Origin: Narcine bancroftii
Taxonomy: Eukaryota
Length of the DNA: 64,000 nucleotides
Direction of reading: 5' to 3'
Assembly: GCF_036971445.1 (NCBI RefSeq)
Contig: NC_091473.1
Coordinates: 205,530,001 to 205,594,000, forward strand
Positions 49,080 through 61,337 of the stretch are shown piece by piece. Positions within the stretch are counted from its first letter, which is position 1; each line of letters opens with the position of its first letter. The notes under the pieces are model-generated. The model did no database searches, had not been told where the DNA came from, and saw only the letters and a list, made by a program, of their open reading frames with translations. Both the position numbers and the translations under genes were made by a program.

Positions 49080-49789
49080 CTAGTAGGCTGAACTGCAGTT
49101 TTCCAGCAGAAAACGACGCTCACCTGACGCTCTCATAATTATATGTACAACTGCAGGATCACTTTTAACAGGCCTGCGGTGCAATGAATAATGCAATAAC
49201 CTCCTCAAACTCTCCATCCGGATCAGGCCTCCGAGTCCTGCCAACATGCTAATAAATGTTCTCGTCAACCTATCCAGATTGTTAATTTCTTCCCTATTGC
49301 ACAGTGACAAAATCATCGCAGAATAATCCAAACGAGGCAGCACCAACGAACCATTCAGCTGCAAGAACACTTTCAAACGCCTGTAATCAACACTGTGATG
49401 TTGGTCAAGGTGCGGAGAGCCTCATGTCGAGAATATATACCAGTATAAAGATACTCTATACATTTAGCCCCCTGGTCTACAATAAATCACAGTTTTTAAA
49501 CCATTGACTGTGTAGATCCTGCCAACGTCAGACCTACCAAATGCAACGTTTCTGAATTAATATCCATACATCATTCAACTGTCCGCAAGGCCAACCGTTC
49601 AAGATTAGGCTACAATCTTTAGCAAACGCCTGTAAAATCTAAAATACCATACACTTCCCTGCCACACGAAAACATGTTAATCATTCCACGTAAATCTTCT
49701 TTGATGTGATTCGTTGTCGATGACAAACAGCAAATGTTCAGGGCTTGAGTTTGGTGTGCATAATAAAATCTCTGCCCTCCAATAGATAA

Positions 49790-51400
49790 TGGAAGTATTG
49801 AACAGACAGATAAATGGCCAAAAGCTCCTTATCAGAAGCACTGTATATCTTTTCTTCTTCACGATTTCAATTGCCAGTTGACATATTGATGAAGTGCTTC
49901 TCCGATGGCCTTCCCGGAAGCATCTTTCGAAAGGGCGGTGGCAACATTTAAAACTGGGTAACTGAGCATAGTGAAAGGAATCAGCAAATCCTTTGTCTTT
50001 ACAGGGTATTGTTTCTCTCTTCGGTCCAATGCATGGTCCAGGTGCTTCCGGACAGTAAATCACAAAAGGTGTCATGATATGAGCTGCTCTTGGAAAAAAT
50101 TATCAGTAAAAAATTAACATTCCCAAGAATTTCTGCATGGTTTTAATCGTACCTAGTGTTGATTATTTGGTAATATCATCAACTTTGGATGGCAGCTTGG
50201 TCCCGCGTTCCTGAGTAATCTTATGCTCCAATAAATCAATCGTTTCTTTTCTATAAAAGCATTTATCTGGTTTGACGGTCAGTGCAAAGTTTGGAAGATC
50301 ATAAAAAGGGTACCAAGATTTTCAGATGTTGTTCCTTAGTCGCACTCGTCACAAAAATATTGTAAATGAAGACATTGGGAACAGCACGTTCTGAGGCATT
50401 CATCACCCGTTGAAATGATTAATCAGCATTCTCGAATCTGAATAGCATTCATAACAATTCAAACAACCCAAATCGGGGAATTATTGTTGGTTTTGAATTG
50501 ACTTCTGGCTCAACCGGTACTTAGAGATAGGAGCACACCATTTCTATTTTCGAGAATATCTTTGCTCCATGCAAGTTAGCCGAGAAATCCTGATTATGAG
50601 GCACAAGATATCGATCCAGAATAGTGGGGTCCTGAAGCTGCCTGCAATTTCTGCATGGCCGCTAATCTCCATTATGCTTCGGGGCCAAATGTAGTGGAGA
50701 TGCACAGGTAATGCCGGACCTACGAATTATGTTTAATTCCTCCATCTTGGCAAACTGTTCCTTAGCTAAATGCAGCTTCACTGGAGGCAAGCTATGCACT
50801 TTAGTATTGAAAAATGTAGAGTAGTAATCTCAGGGAAATTTCCAACTTGATGTTTGATGGTGCAGAAAAAAGTTAGAGGCACGTGCCAGCTGAATGGTCT
50901 GAAAGTTCTATCTATTAGCCGAAGCCATTTTATATCGACAACGAATGAATGAACCTGAAGTAAAGCTGCGCCAAACAAAGCTCGGAATCACGCTTCTATA
51001 ATAAATGGCTAAATGTTGAGATGATCCTCGATCATGACATTCATCCTCCTCGTGCCAAAGGTCGGAATTTTGAAACTGTTCACTGATCATAGTTTCTGCT
51101 CCGTGTAAGATGGCCTGTGGCAAAACCAGTCGGTGGAAATATACTTTTACCTCAACCTGTGTCCACCAGAAATTTGGACGGGACAAACGGTCCCATACAT
51201 AGTATAAGCTTGCAGGTTCACAGCAACCGCAACAAAATTACTGGTGGTTGGTCGAGGTGTTTCCCACAAACTTGCATGGAAGAACACGAAGAACAGTTGT
51301 CGAAAGGCTGTTTGCTTTGCATGCGGCCTTGCCTGATGATAGTGAAGGATGTGCTAAGAGCACTAGAGTGTTACAGGGGGCCAACATCGAAGGGTCGGCT
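49790..51400 (-). mobile_element. Second, older Gypsy pol fragment (protease-RT)
   Basis: Minus strand near 50400-50480 reads FGLFELL*MLFRFENAD*SFQRVMN (Gypsy RT FGLFEF..MPFGL.NA..TFQR); QAILHGA protease-like motif near 51100. Confidence 0.72.
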
Positions 51401-51721
51401 TGTGTGGACTTGTCTTTCTTTGCTGTGCATTTTAAAATTTTAATGAATCACGAAAATATCGTACCTTCCTCTTAAAGATCTCTATCAATATTTATGTTTT
51501 AAAATTCATGTTGTGGTTTTCTTGACACTCATCTTTTATAATTTTATAATTAGTTAGTAGGGGTTTTGGAAGGGGTGGGAAGATTGATAGGAAGTTTTTT
51601 TCCTTCAGCATTTATTTAATCTTATTTATCTTTTAAAAAATACCACCCATATTTTGATTGTTTAAAATATTGTGATATTTTTGCAAAGTGGTTTTATTTT
51701 AAATGAAGGATTTTAAACAGC

Positions 51722-52800
51722 GATGAAGTGTTTGAAAGGCTGGTGATGAAGCTTATCAGCGGTGACATAGATTCATTTCCGTTCGCCTATTGCAGCAACA
51801 AATATATGGCAGATGTCATATCACTGCCCCTACATGAAGCCCTGGAACACCTGAACAGCAAAGTTGCATACATTAGGATGACTTTTATCGACCGTATTTT
51901 GGCATTGAAGACCATCATGCCCACAAAACGGATCGGAAAACTCCAAGATTTTGGAGCTAACACCACATTGCCTAATTGGAACATGGATTTCTACACCTCC
52001 ATCCACAATCAGTGAAGATTTGAAGATTGGTAGAAACGTCTCTTTCACAATCTCCAACGGTTCCAGAGCACCACCGGGCTGTGTTGTTATCCCTTTGTTC
52101 TATTCACATGACTCGTATGAATGAGTAGTTGGGTATGACAATAACACCGTCTAAAAATTTGCCGATGATAGTGGATTGTTAATCCAGGATGGAAATTGAA
52201 AACTTGGCTGAATGGTGCACCAATACGAAACTTGCACAGTGTCATCAAACCTCAGAACTAATTGTTGATGTCACTAAAGGAAAGTCAGTGGTGCACAGTC
52301 CAGTGATCACTTGGGGAATCAGAGGTGGAGTGGGTGAGCGCATGTAATTTCCTGGGATTCACTATCTCGGAAGAACTTTCCTGGACCTTACACACCATTG
52401 ACATCGTGAAGAATTCATGACAGCACTTCTACTTCCTCAGGAGTTTTTGGAGGTTTAGTATGAAATCAGAAACCCTAGCAAATTTCTAAAGATGTGTGGC
52501 AGAATGTGTGGTGATCGGCTGTATCATGGTCTGGTATTGGATCACCAACTCCCCTAGTGTAAAACCTTCCAAAAGGTAGTGGCAACAGGCCAGGACATTA
52601 CACGCAAAACTACCCCAACTATTGAGTGCATATACAGGGAATGCTGCCTTCGGAATGCAGCAGCAATCATCAAAGACCATCGCCACACAACATATGGTCT
52701 GCACTCGCTACTGCCATCAGGAAAGTGGTATAAGTGCCTCAAAACTCACACCACTAGGTTCATGACGGCTGATACCCATCTACCATCAGAATCCTCTGAA
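51722..52800 (+). mobile_element. Rex1/Babar-type LINE, 3' part
   Basis: MKCFERLVMK..FAYCSN..DVISLPLHEALEHL..YIRMTFID; KFADD; C-terminal IIKDH.H...LLPSG..Y..LKT.T.RF. Confidence 0.85.
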
Positions 52801-52819
52801 CCAAATTCAATCAGGGTCA

Positions 52820-54345
52820 AGCCTAAGTATTTCATCACCGTTTTTCCCATTTCTACCATTTCTTCCATTTCCAGAACAACCAGATTTTTCTTTAGGAGAC
52901 AGTGGTGGGCTACGTCTTTGTCCTCTTATATCAGGCAATGGATCAGCAAAAATTATTGCTTCATGATCATCCTCAATAAACCGAGATTGATAGCCTCATG
53001 AAACACCTTCAACACTGCCGGAAAGCGAAAAGTAGACTTATAACCTTTACGACACAAAACTTCTTTAACTGGATTAAATCGACGTCAATGTTGAATGACC
53101 TCTTGATTCAAATCATGGTAGAAAACAAACTCAGCTATTTTGAATCAATAATGGAGTTTGTCATTTTCTCACATTTTGTACCACCAGTCGAAGTATTGCT
53201 TCTCTATCCAAATAAATCCAACATCTCAGTGGCTGACCAGATAAAGGTGATCTCCTTAAAGTTCTATGAGCTCTTTCCAATACCAAGCTTTCAGAAAAAA
53301 ATTCTTGCCCTAATACTTGTGGGATATAATCTGTAAAAAAATGAAGAGGAGCTTGTCCTTCCATACCTTCTGGCAAACCAACAATTTTCACATTATTCCT
53401 TCTGCTTTGATTCTCCAAATAGTCTATTTTTTTCTCTATCTCCTTCTCACGTTCTCGCAATCCTATAACGGATTTTTCAACCTACAAAACCTTTTCTGTA
53501 TTAGAAGCCACTTGTTGTTGACATTCTAAAAAAAAAACACTGAATTAAAAAAAAATTCACAAGCTGCCTCTACACGTGTTTTAACTGTATTCAATTCTGA
53601 ACTTATCCTCTGAGCCAACTCATTCATTATAGGCTAAATGACAGGTTACATTGCAATTCAGCAAAGCTCAGCCCTGTTTTCTCTAACGTAGTGGCTGAAC
53701 CAGGCAACTGCTGCTCCTGCTGCAACTCAACAATAGGCAGTTTACCAGTGTTACTGCGGGTCTGGACTCCCAGCGACGGCACCCCGACTTCCTCAGGGGG
53801 TCGACGCTGGTCTCTTTCCGCAGCTCGGCGTTTTTTCAAACAATCACGGAGAAGGTCGAATTCTTCAGCTTGGAGTACTTCCTGAAGCGTTTCAAGCAAT
53901 GGAGTCGTCTTCCTGCGTTCTCCGGCCGGTTAAAACCGGCAGGCTGCCAGAATCGGAATCCACTGTATGGGAACACACACCTTCTTCCAGAGAACGGGTA
54001 ATTCCAGCGCTGTCCTTCGCTTGGTGAGTAGCAGACATTTTTGTTCAGCTCTCACAGGCAAGCTTTGTAGTTTAGGCACTGAAGAAATGAAACCTGAGGC
54101 TTTAGCAAGTTGTTTAGGCCCCAAATCTTCAGTACTTCGAAAATGTAATTTCTTCTGCACTTGAGGATTTATCTTTTTTTTTTACCATTAATGGCCATAA
54201 TAATTCCTTAGTACTTTGAACTAAAATTTAAGAAGTTTAAAGTTGAAAACAAAGGGGTAGAAAACGGGTGATTAAGAGTTCGGCCAGAGAGGTCGAGATG
54301 ACACGTTTAGACTCAAGCCATCTTGCCACGTGCCCCCCCCCCCCC
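52820..54345 (-). mobile_element. L1-clade 5' UTR plus ORF1 fragment
   Basis: KKIDYLENQSRRNNVKIVGLPEGMEG..LERAHR; G-run/CAAGATGGC 5' terminus at 54317-54345. Confidence 0.85.
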
Positions 54346-56556
54346 GTTTGTTCCACTTCATTTGGCTAAAGGATCGATGGATGTTTCAACTGTACAGATC
54401 CATTTAGATTCGCCGTCAGAATCAGCGGTCTCTCTTCTTAATGTTGACACTGTGGCCACTCACGTCAACAATCTCGCTAAGTTCTTTGATTTCGAATGGA
54501 AATGCTATCTGATGTTTGCAGATGTATTGTCCATCCAACCCGCTGTTTGTCAGTTCTTGGTGCAGCAGAGTAGTAGGGTGATTGATTGACATTGGTGTGG
54601 CTGCGTTTGGTTTGGCAGATGATATTTATACTCACCCATGAAATACTATGTGGTGCAGATTTGGGATTACTCCTCCTTTCCTATTGCTATCTGCAAGCAT
54701 GAATTGTAGAATTGAAGTCATTATAAATATTAACGTTGAAGATGAAAATCTCTACCATACTGCTTTTGTGGAATGGGGCTGTCAGGACTGAATGGACCTT
54801 GAAGTAAACAGAAATGAAGTCTTTAGATGGAGTACAGTGGGTAGCGTCATTGGCGGGCGCAATGAAATAAAGGATTCTGGGTGTGCATACATTCTGTGGC
54901 AGGCAGTAAGGTCAAAGATACAAGATATGAAGGGACTGATTCATGTTATTATGGTCATGGCCTTGGTTAAAGGCCTTGATCAGGCTGAAAAGCATTTGGC
55001 TGCTGTCAATATTTTTTTTGCATTGGATGTTATGTGATGGGAATATATCGAAAGCGAAGTAGGTGGGTACGAAATGCATAATTATAGTCATCAGTACATT
55101 GACATCCTATAACTTTGAAGGCATGAGTTTAAGTTAGATGCTGCCATGCATTAAGAATATGAAATGCTGTTCGTGGATGAAAGGCTACTAGTAATTTGCT
55201 TTATAAACGATTAACGAAGAAGAGTCTAATAAAATTATATTGCTGCATAAACGATTTCAGTACATGAAATAAAAACGTGTTTCATTACATAGTCTATTGT
55301 CTCCGAAATCTTGGTCAGTGAAATAAACAACACAAGTTTATGAGAAATTAGATATTTTCTTGCCACAGGACATCATGTCAAGGGTACCTGCGAGTAGAAT
55401 GTTTACTGCATACTCAGACCGATCGGCAACCTCTGTGTTGTTTATTTCATATTTTGAATGTGAATTCAATCTCAACCCAAGTTTCATCTCAAACCGATTA
55501 CACGCTTCTTAAAGCCGAGACATCAAGGCATATGGGCTCATGCTGAATAAGGCGATGATCACTGATTCGGTTATCCATTTCATTGAGAACATGGAAACGT
55601 TATCGATATACGACATGACTTTACAAAACAAAATAATAAAAAAGGAGTTCCAACAAGGAACAAATAAACTGCTGCCCCCGGTATTTTTATAGTGCACAAA
55701 GAGAAATCGGGTGACCCAGGGAGTCAGGCAGAATGCATGGACAGAAATGGTCAACAAACACATCAGATCATAGCTCTTTGCACTGAATCAATTATTGGTT
55801 CCGATCAATAATTTTCACTGCCCATTGTAATGTACTGATGTTGAATAAACCGCTGAGTTCCTTCAGCTGTCTCCGTTTACTCCATAGTTCCCAGGACCGC
55901 CCAATAGAGTGCAATCTCGTTCTCCGAGATGCAAGGTAGAGGCAAGGAGGATTTACATCTTCTCCGCTATTCCACATATAATAGTTGATAACGGACGTAA
56001 TTTTAATGCTCGACACCAATTATTAAACACTAATATTACGCCCGAGTCCACTACTTTGTGGACGTAATTCTTGATCATAATAGCCAGATAAATAACCGAT
56101 GCTGAAGGACAGTCGACCAAGTATTTACAACTCTTCGGGCTGTCTCCTGATCGAATCGTTGTGAATGTTTCGCATCCACCACTTGGTTTCAGGCTTAACA
56201 ACAAGATGTTATATCGACTTAATCTTTCACACAAGTGAGTATTGGAATGTTTCCCCACTCTTTCACATTCTGCTTTGTTGCCGGTTTGGAAGAAATAATG
56301 TACTTCCCATCAGACCCAACTGGAACTCCATGAAATGGCAGAGAAACAAACTTTAAGTTGATTGGTGAAATGGAGGAACAAATGAGGAACAGGTGGGGGC
56401 GGCGAGGGTGAGAAGATCTTTGTTCTGAGCGGATGTCACACTGTCAATCACGAGAGAGACCAGATTTCGCTGCACGTTTTTTCGTGCATTCAATTTAAAA
56501 AAAAAATTCTGAGTCAGTGCGATTCAGGTCAAGTTCTCCCGAGGCACACCGTCGCG

Positions 56557-56608
56557 ATGTTATCTCTGTCTACTTATTTGCTTCTTACTGCAGTTGCTCT
56601 TTACACCG
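56557..56608 (+). CDS. TRAV/TRDV: Leader exon of V gene E2 (MLSLSTYLLLTAVALYT-G)
   Basis: ATG, 17 codons plus 1 nt, GTAAGT donor; phase matches the exon at 57089. Confidence 0.9.
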
Positions 56609-57088
56609 GTAAGTTTACGGCATTTCCGAAATCCCGCTTTATTCCGCTGCTGCAATGGATATTTAATTAGTGAATTTCATGCATAAACCGAAAGATTGGA
56701 AATGAGAATAACTCAGAATCGACAATTCAGTTCTTTGTTGAGCAATGCCCGAGAGGTAAAGAGAATATTCATGTCAATTTAAACAGACCTTCTGCTGTCC
56801 TTTGGGAATGGTCACACTGGTACGACACGCCTGTCAGCCTGGCGATTATACTCCTGTTCATAAGACTTAAGGTGAACGTGAAGATGATGAAGGAGAGGAT
56901 GGATATTAAGGAAAGGCAATGTCGTTAATTTCCTCCATGTCGCTACCTTCTCTTGAAGCATCATTTCATTTCTATTTATTCTTTTTAATCTCAGACGAGT
57001 ACGCGGATGGTAGCAGTTCTGGAAAATGAGCGCGGTTAGATGATATTGGTGGTATTGATAGATTCATGTTCTCCTCGGAATATTTCAG

Positions 57089-57392
57089 GACATTGTCGAG
57101 GCGACGCCGTGTCTCAGACACCAAGTACGATCACAGTGACTGAAGGAATGGACGCGAATTTGAATTGCAACTATACAACAAGCACAAGCGCCCCTGGATT
57201 AATATGGTACCGTATGTATCCAGGAAGATCACTCGACTTTTTGTTGATTAGAAGGCAATATGACAGTGGGGGGAAAAAAAATCCCGGTGAACGTTTCTCG
57301 GCGGAGCTCGATCATTCGAAGGGAATGGTTCCTCTGAAAATTACTGCAACGCAGCTGGGAGACGCCGCAATGTATTATTGTGCTCTGAGCCC
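57089..57392 (+). CDS. TRAV/TRDV: Coding-intact TCR alpha/delta V exon E2
   Basis: TTTCAG acceptor; GHCRGDAVSQTPSTITVTEGMDANLNCNY...LIWYRMYPG...RFSAEL...GDAAMYYCALS with no stops. Confidence 0.93.
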
Positions 57393-57431
57393 CACAGAGG
57401 TACGGAACTGAGCTGAGAATGTACAACAACT
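57393..57431 (+). other. 23-RSS of V gene E2
   Basis: CACAGAG + 23 nt + ACAACAACT. Confidence 0.92.
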
Positions 57432-60400
57432 AACAGATCATCTCGCCGCGTATCAACGTGTGAAAATGAAGCTTTGAAAAATTATTTGCTGCTCTGTCCA
57501 TGCGCCTTAATCAAATGGGTGACTTGCGGTGATTATCCAATTTTGTGCTACTGATAAAAATTAGCTTAATCAAATAACAGATACAATTTACTGTCATGTA
57601 ATAAAACAGCAATTGAATGTTAGACTGCCATAAGGTGGAGAAAGTTTTTCCAATAGCATTAGCATTGCCCGGAGCCCGTGTGAGTGAGAAAATTCCCTCC
57701 AGAACCTACGAGTGTCCGTGCACACCTGCAGCCTCTGAGACCGCACAATATTCCAGTTCAGTATAAACGATCGACAAAAGGCACCCAAATCCAAACATCG
57801 AGCCCAATGAGGAAGCCTAAAGCCCCAAGGTTCCTTCGAGAGTGCTCATTGTCGTTAGTATCACCTTAAATCCTTATTCCGAAAACCGCTTCTCAGCAGC
57901 ATCCTGCAGCTGGTGTGAGTGTTTTTGCCAAGAGTCGGTTGCAGCCTGTGTGCTTTCAAAGCCTTTCAATCGCTAAGAGACCGCCACATGCTTGTGTTGT
58001 AGAGGCCATCGCTGGCCGTCACGATGGTAATTTTCCTTCTGTCGTATCCTCTGAATCTTCGCCTCAACGGGTATGTTCATCCCGTTACTGATGTCCTGCA
58101 CCAGCCATTCCTCTCGCTAAGTCTGAAATCCCACGTAACCATCACCGGACACATTGGTTCCAGACTCCGCGGTCGCAGATACCAAATTAAACCACTGTCG
58201 ATTCTTTTTTCAGGCCACTATAAGCTTGGATCGAGCCGTCGCTCCAGAATTGAGTGCTAAAAAACCACAGATCAGCAGGTGCGGCAGCACGGCCATTATA
58301 GCAGTGCCGCCATTACTTCTAATTCTGCGCCTACAGTCCCTTGGCCAGATTAGTTCTCTGGCTTTGAAAAAAATAGACAGAACTCTCTCTTTGCCTCGCT
58401 CCTTTACTCATCCAAGGTTATTCTCTTGTTCCAAACCCTTGACATTGGGATGAATTTCTCTCTTTAAATTAAAGCTATTACCGTTTTAGTATAACCCGAC
58501 TCAACACTTTGAACATCCATTCTATCCTGTTTCACCTGTTTACGCACCTTGTTAGCCTTTGAAATTTGCATCCAGATTTCACTTTTATTTAATTGAAATG
58601 CCTATCATGTATTAACCTCTCTGTGATAAAGCATCACCAGTGACATTTTCTGCAACTGAAATCTAACTTTGCAGAGCAATAGACCCCAAACACAGGTGAC
58701 GAGTGTTTGGCTGCAATGGTACCGCAAGGACGTGAATGTGAATCATCACCACATCCTGATTCGGTGCATAGAGGAAATGGATAGGAATCATTTCAGGCGC
58801 AGTTTAAGACATGTTAGACATAGATAGTGCACCATATTGGCCATTTCAATAGATGTTGGCAAATCATTCTCATTCTCCATGCTATGAGACTTTGGGTGTT
58901 CATTTCATTTGTTAGGAAAATGCAGTACCCCTTTGAAAGAAGGAGAAGTATTTATCTAAATTAACTAAATTCGGAAACCTCTTGGTCTTGTTCAAGCTTT
59001 GCCACCTCTTGCTGTCTCTATATTTGACTGTGTATAGACCTACCAATGCTTCGGAGAAGGTGCCAATATTTGTAAATACCTATTTCAAACAGGTCACAGT
59101 CGGAACGCGCCCGCCCCACCACCGTCCGACAAAATATATATGAGATTTAAAATAGGAATACTCCACTCAGCCTCGCTGTTGAGCTCCTGGAATGGGTCTA
59201 GCATCTGGTCAGCGAAAATTCCTTTCTCTGTGTTGACTCGGTTATCCCCATAGCTTGCATTTTTATTTGTACTATTACACACTGCTCATATTAAACAAAA
59301 ATGTGACACTAACACTGCGGTTATGCTTTATTAGTGCATTACCTGGTGAAAATTATGTGTGTTGGCTTGTCTAGAGAGGAGGCAAAACAAAACCATTCAC
59401 TCGATATCAGCTGAAATGACACTGAGCAATTAAATGTCGTTTTCCGTGTCCGTTTCGGTTACATAAGGATAATGTAAATAAAGATGTACCAAATATTATG
59501 CTTGAACACTATTTTAAAATGTGGCATTCCGATTTTAAATGAGGATGGCCGAATGTTATAAGGATCAGTTTCACTGCAATAGATGCTTCAAAATCTTGCA
59601 TCTATCGAAACTTCTCTTTGGATCAACATATTAAACTGAAGCGAAAGTATACGTGTGATTCATAAGCTGAGAAAAGGTATTTCCTTTAATTTAGCTTTCT
59701 GTTTCACGCCCATATATGTGTGCCTTAAATCAGAACAGTGTGGAAATAGTCTAAACCCCCCGCATGCCCTCTCCGATAAAAATGCCCCACTTACAGTAAT
59801 TCCACCTGCCTGTTTCGCTGACATCCTTTGTATCCAAACAATTTAGCCGTCTACTTGTCTTAAGTATTGCAAAAATATGTATTTGAATTACCTCTTTCGG
59901 GCGCCTGATCCCCACACCCACCAGATATTCGTACCCCCTAATTTCGTGTTAAATCTATCGTACCTCATTTGTAGTTCCAGAATCTCCTTCTCTGGGTAGA
60001 AGACTACGTTAATCCGATATATCCCTCAGCCGATCATGTCTAGCACTATAATAACACTCTTAACTGTCCTGATATCTAATGAAAAATGTTATAACCTCTC
60101 CAACCTCTCCTTCCAGACCAGGCATCAGCGTCCTGCCAACATCCTGATAAAGATTCTCTTCATCATCTCGAAATTTACAACTTCGTTTTTATTGCACAGT
60201 AACAAAATCAGAGCGCAATAATATAATATGGTGGAATAAACAACATACAACTACAAATTACTTTCAAATATCTGTATCCATCACAATAGGTGATTAATTA
60301 ATCAGCGGAGAGACTCGTGAAGAAAATATCGACCAGTTTAGAGATACTCTGTATCAGTGGTACTCTGTTGTACAATACATCTCAGCTTCATACCAACGAA

Positions 60401-60893
60401 TGCGTAAGTCCTGAGCATGTTCGACCACTGAACTAAATCACCACACGTTTCTGAATTAAAATCCAAAACGATTCAACAGCCCAAACAACGCAATCTTTCA
60501 AGATTTAGCTGAAATCTTAAGCAAACGCGTTCACCATCTTAAATGCCAGATTCTCCATTATTATCCGGAAATTCGATTACCCTGCCACATACATTTTCCT
60601 TTACATCATTGGTTTTATTGGCAAATAGCAATGGTCCAAACACCGAAGCCAATGGACGAAAGAGAGCGAGTGTGCTGAATAATAATGAGTGGAGAGTGAC
60701 TGAGAAGACTAATACTAGAAACGTATGTTTAGCAATTTCCTCAGTTGTAAGCGCCAGAAAATCAGGAGTATGAGAACCGCCCCATTCTCCCGTCAAGTAA
60801 AGAACCTGCGCCTGACCGGTGTGGCCTCAATTTAGCCGCATAAACAGCAGGAACCATCTCCCTTCTTCCAAGTTTGTTTTGGAAGCAGCAACC

Positions 60894-61337
60894 ACGAACC
60901 CTCTGTGGTTCATGCTAAGTTTGTTATCTGTTATTTCCCTGTGAGTCATTGATTTAATGAATCCTTTGCCGTCCGTGTCTAAGGTTCAACTTTAAGTGTA
61001 TCATGCATTGCGTGCTTTGTTGCCGGGGACTTTGGTGAAGATTCTATCTCCCAGAATCTATCTGAGGTATGGTGGAAGTGGAACAAACTGTAACGCGGAC
61101 CTGTCATTACTCGGAAACATTCGTTGTTAATATTGCCTTCTGGTACATCTTGAACATGCGCCAGGAAATGTAGTAAAATATTATGCATTGGGTTCGAAGA
61201 CCATTCTTCGGATTTCTGTTGTTGATCGGAAAATACGTCGGACGGTTCATTTAATTACCTCCGGCATCCTTGTCTTCGATTTAGCCGTGTCTTTCACACA
61301 CATTACAGTAGAAAAGCAGTAAATCGGGACAATAACC
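60894..61337 (+). pseudogene. V pseudogene C4 with a good 23-RSS but the second Cys deleted
   Basis: Leader with ACG start and GTGAGT donor; acceptor AG>CG; GDFGEDSISQN..., AFWYI, frameshifts; CACATTA 61299-61305, 23 nt, ACAATAACC 61329-61337. Confidence 0.87.

Larger units (their letters stand above)
54350..59740 (+). repeat. Segmental duplication copy 2 (paralog of about 8900-15990, without the CR1)
   Basis: See copy 1; the empty CR1 site reads CCATTATAGCAGTGCCGCCATT at about 58293-58315. Confidence 0.85.

Noticed and set aside
2113-61337. IgH-like, TAILV or IgNAR V segments, or D/J segments, within the array
   Set aside because: I saw no WVRQ/GLEW-type IgH motifs and no FGxG segment with a 5' RSS. 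A profile search would be needed to fully exclude TAILV.
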